Of a DNA stretch of 64,000 bases, positions 60,867 through 64,000 are shown one piece after another; position 1 is the stretch's first letter, and every line of letters begins with the position of its first letter. This stretch comes from Trypanosoma brucei (lineage: Eukaryota): positions 1,824,001 through 1,888,000 of the forward strand of contig CM000208.1 of the NCBI GenBank assembly GCA_000002445.1. Direction: 5' to 3'. The position numbers and the translations under genes were made by a program. A model generated the notes under the pieces. It saw nothing but the letters and a program-made list of their open reading frames with translations, was not told where the DNA came from and ran no database searches.

Positions 60867-63800
60867 TTACCGATCACCCTCCTGACCGCCATCTACACAA
60901 ACTTGCCCCGCAAACCGCTGCAGAAACTCCTTAAAGTACCTCCTCTTAACATCAATACGACCCATCATCGTTAAATGTGTGTTTAGTTCGTCCACCTGGG
61001 GTTGGGGATAACGGTCCTTCATCGCCGTCACGTACAGCGGATACTGAGAAACGTAGGTGTCAGCAAGCGTGACTAACAGTTTCTCACGCTCTCTAGGTGG
61101 TAACAGGGACTCATCAGCGCGCACTGCGAAATCAATCATTCGCCTGTAAGCGCAAAGAGCCATATCAACCATTTGGGCGTTCGCAGTGCCAGAGAAACGA
61201 TTAGCGTCATTGCCATTGGACACAATCGCCGATATAAAGCGGGAAGCTTCCGCAATGTTTACACCACTCTCTAAGACACTCAGCGTTACATCGACCACAA
61301 TCTGGCAAAGTGCTGGATTTCCATCGAGTCGCTTGGGATCCACCACATTTTGCCTAATAAAGGCGAAGATGTCTTTTGAAAGGCCGAAAAGTTGCCTGCC
61401 ATCCACCGCCTCCGCCTCCGGAGCGCGACTCGCGCCACGGTTCCTCTGCATGTAGAACGTGGTGCACACGGAGAGAGTCGCAGGTATTAGCCGTTCCTGA
61501 GCACTGGCTACAGGAAACAAGCAATGCGACAGTAACTGCCGCATAGCGTGGATCGGCAACAATCGCGTGACACACACTAACATCTGTAGCATATTCTCAA
61601 GGGGCTCTACAGAAAAAAATGAACTCAAAGCTCCGATCACCTGGTAAAGCGCCAGGCGTATGTCCAACAATATTTTCCGAGCCCTATATACATCGGATTT
61701 TCGACCACCCGCTCCTTCACCTTCACGAGACCTGAGGTGGGAAGCCGCCCCCCCATCTCCATTATAAGTGCCAAAAAGAGTTTTGTATTCGGGAGGCAGG
61801 TCCTTTGCGTCAATGTTGTGCGCAAACTCCATGAGCTTCATGATGGATGGTACCAACGACGAGGCTGCCTCAACAACATAAGGCAGTGTCTTGCAGCGTC
61901 GCAGAACTCCAGCAAAAACGTTGATACTGTCCCGAATAACGTAGCCTTCATCTCGCTGAGCGGTGGTGCGTCCTATAATGATATCGTTGAAGGCATTCTG
62001 ACACATATTTGTTGTGTGGTCGACCATGATCTTCGCTACAGGATCAAGAAAACTCTGAAGACGTCGCTGCGCCTCATCCTCCGGAAGCGCGGTGGTGAAA
62101 GCGGCGATTGCTTCGTACAGCAATGTACGCTCCATCGCTGATGTCGACGAGAACATCAGCAAACGCTCCATCTGGCACAAGAAAGGCTCCCCCAGCAAAA
62201 CCAGCTGCTTAGCATGCTTACTGCAGGCGGTGACCAATAGTGTGAGCGCCCTCTTGCGCGCGGATACAACATCAATGTCATTTACCTCCCTGTATCGATT
62301 CCCAAGTGATTTGAGAATGATACCCATCGTACCTTGCCATACACCCAGAGCAGTGTCATCCCGGCAATTCCACAACAGCGAAAGCATGTTAAGGTAAACC
62401 GGAAAAATGACCATGTCTTCAGGCTCCCTTTTAACCAACTCGTTAATTATTTGGGGTACATACTCGGACGAGTGCTTGAACGACTCAGATAAACTATACA
62501 GAAGGAACTGCGTTGCTTCCCAATTGCAAAAGGTGTCACTTCGCTGCGTCACAAACCCACATTGGGTCCTTGCATCCTCCTCCGTTCCGCGGCTATCGCT
62601 AAGATTACTTACTAGCTGAAGCATAAACTGATTAGCAACGACTGGATAGATCCTCGCCACCGACGTCAGAACATGCGCCGCGAGGCTACGGAACTCCGAG
62701 AAAGCTTGCGTAAATGCTTCGACTGTCCCGAAGTCATGCTCCGATATCTGCATGCCTCCCTCACAAGTGCCGCAACAAGGGTGCAATTTGTTTTTTGGAA
62801 CCAAGACCGCTAGGCGCGCCAGCAACTCCAAGGGATTAATCTGTGTGAAGGCAGCGTCGCCGAGTCGTCGGAAAATGGAGCACGCAACGGAGGCAAGAAG
62901 CACACTTGGGATGGATAAGGTAAGAAGACAGACACGACCAGCCACAGGGGCGGCCGGCTGCAGAAGGGTGTCTGGCGAATCGTGCAGCAATCCCACAACT
63001 TCTTCGATATTACCATGATTTGACTCAGCTACCCACATGTCTACCGAACCAAGGGCAACGTTCAGGAGTTCCGTTCGCAGAGAGTCAGCTGCCGTGGATT
63101 CTCCTGCACAAGACAAACGGTCACACCGAAGAAGTGCCGTTGTTGCAGCGAGTGCTTCCTGGGCAGCTGGTCCCCATCGTACAAGCGCTGAAAGGGTGTT
63201 AGTAAGGCCGACTTCCGACCACACGTGCACAGGAAGGCAGGGGGTAGCGTTAGCTACGGTCATGAGACAATCCGTAACGCTTTCCTTAGTTCCTGGAGCA
63301 CAGCTGTTACTTGCCGCTCCACCGGCTTGTGTGTATAAGTCGAACAGCGCCTGAATCACCTCCACAAGAATTGTACGACCATACAGCTCAATCGCCTTTT
63401 TCAACCGCTTCATACGATTAACGGGCACACCTCCCACGTGCGGAGAGGTAATATGCGCGATAAATGACGAAAGGAAATGAAGTTTACGAGGTTGCTGTGC
63501 AAGCTGGGTTGGAGGAGCGCACACACGGGCAATCAAGTCCGGGTAGGACTCGGGCCACTCACGCACCATGCACTCTATGAGTAGCTCCACAATGTCAGCA
63601 CAGAGGAGACGGCCTAGTGTTGGTTCGTTGAAATACCATGTCATTAACTCCTCGTACGGTACAACCGAGGGGGGTATTCGTCCAGACACTACAGCATTTC
63701 GTAGAAGAACTGCGCCGTAAGCCTGTACGGCTGCACCTCGGTCCGTAACTGCAAGCAAACCCGTACCGATACTTACAATTTCCTCGCTATTCATTTGTTC

Positions 63801-63899
63801 TTCCACCTCATGAAGTTCAAAAGTGGCCCTTCGGCGGTCCCCGTTATCTTCGGCTGCATATACAACACTCAAGATTTGCACGATCCTTTCGACACTCAT
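60867..63899 (-). CDS. Importin-beta superfamily karyopherin (exportin-like), HEAT/ARM-repeat protein
   Basis: ~1010 aa all-alpha repeat protein. N-terminal importin-beta N-terminal-like region (MSVERIVQILSVVYAAEDNGDRRRATFELHEVEEQMNSEEIVSIGTGLL...). Start reassigned to MSVERIV (rc ATG at 63899). Which karyopherin it is cannot be decided by eye. Confidence 0.55.
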   Translation of the reverse strand: MSVERIVQILSVVYAAEDNGDRRRATFELHEVEEQMNSEEIVSIGTGLLAVTDRGAAVQAYGAVLLRNAVVSGRIPPSVVPYEELMTWYFNEPTLGRLLCADIVELLIECMVREWPESYPDLIARVCAPPTQLAQQPRKLHFLSSFIAHITSPHVGGVPVNRMKRLKKAIELYGRTILVEVIQALFDLYTQAGGAASNSCAPGTKESVTDCLMTVANATPCLPVHVWSEVGLTNTLSALVRWGPAAQEALAATTALLRCDRLSCAGESTAADSLRTELLNVALGSVDMWVAESNHGNIEEVVGLLHDSPDTLLQPAAPVAGRVCLLTLSIPSVLLASVACSIFRRLGDAAFTQINPLELLARLAVLVPKNKLHPCCGTCEGGMQISEHDFGTVEAFTQAFSEFRSLAAHVLTSVARIYPVVANQFMLQLVSNLSDSRGTEEDARTQCGFVTQRSDTFCNWEATQFLLYSLSESFKHSSEYVPQIINELVKREPEDMVIFPVYLNMLSLLWNCRDDTALGVWQGTMGIILKSLGNRYREVNDIDVVSARKRALTLLVTACSKHAKQLVLLGEPFLCQMERLLMFSSTSAMERTLLYEAIAAFTTALPEDEAQRRLQSFLDPVAKIMVDHTTNMCQNAFNDIIIGRTTAQRDEGYVIRDSINVFAGVLRRCKTLPYVVEAASSLVPSIMKLMEFAHNIDAKDLPPEYKTLFGTYNGDGGAASHLRSREGEGAGGRKSDVYRARKILLDIRLALYQVIGALSSFFSVEPLENMLQMLVCVTRLLPIHAMRQLLSHCLFPVASAQERLIPATLSVCTTFYMQRNRGASRAPEAEAVDGRQLFGLSKDIFAFIRQNVVDPKRLDGNPALCQIVVDVTLSVLESGVNIAEASRFISAIVSNGNDANRFSGTANAQMVDMALCAYRRMIDFAVRADESLLPPREREKLLVTLADTYVSQYPLYVTAMKDRYPQPQVDELNTHLTMMGRIDVKRRYFKEFLQRFAGQVCVDGGQEGDR

Positions 63900-64000
63900 T
63901 GTATGTTCCTCTAGCGAGAAAACACATTCAATTACGAGAGAAGCAGGGGAGTGGTTAGAGCAAGTACGAATATTTCGCACGCAACAGATAGATATGTTGA

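Noticed and set aside
1-64000. Whole-window search for CRISPR arrays, prokaryotic operon structure, or transposons / retroelements (ingi, RIME, SLACS-like, reverse transcriptase or transposase ORFs)
   Set aside because: No direct-repeat/spacer arrays and no RT, integrase or transposase-like ORFs were seen. The gene content is eukaryotic nuclear, so CRISPR is not expected.

Overview
The window reads as a chromosome-internal segment of a kinetoplastid (Trypanosoma-like) genome. The organism call is an inference from dense intronless same-strand ORFs separated by polypyrimidine and homopolymer tracts, TTAGGG repeats, and eukaryotic nuclear gene content. Nearly all protein-coding genes (about 27) lie head-to-tail on the minus strand, forming one long unidirectional polycistronic array. 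Recognisable products: Cid1-family nucleotidyltransferase, SPRY protein, tandemly duplicated RPS24, 1801-aa ASH/MSP-domain flagellar-type protein, ABCG half-transporter, MCM-like AAA+ protein, PHF5A/SF3b14b, Hrd1-like RING E3, succinyl-CoA ligase beta, bromodomain protein, Obg GTPase, MTR4 helicase, RRP41-like exosome subunit, SF3b14a/p14, cullin, fibrillarin, RCC1-repeat protein, FPGS, FAN1-like VRR-NUC nuclease, PCID2/CSN12-like PCI protein, TRM9-like methyltransferase, PDH E2, importin-beta-family karyopherin. The array has one large ORF-free gap (about 40.6–45.6 kb). That gap carries plus-strand RNA polymerase III genes: a U4 snRNA gene and a tRNA-Gly(GCC) gene. A short interstitial (TTAGGG)4 block sits at the left edge. 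No CRISPR arrays, transposons or retroelements were recognised. All functional calls rest on my reading of the translated ORFs against remembered family motifs; no searches were run.
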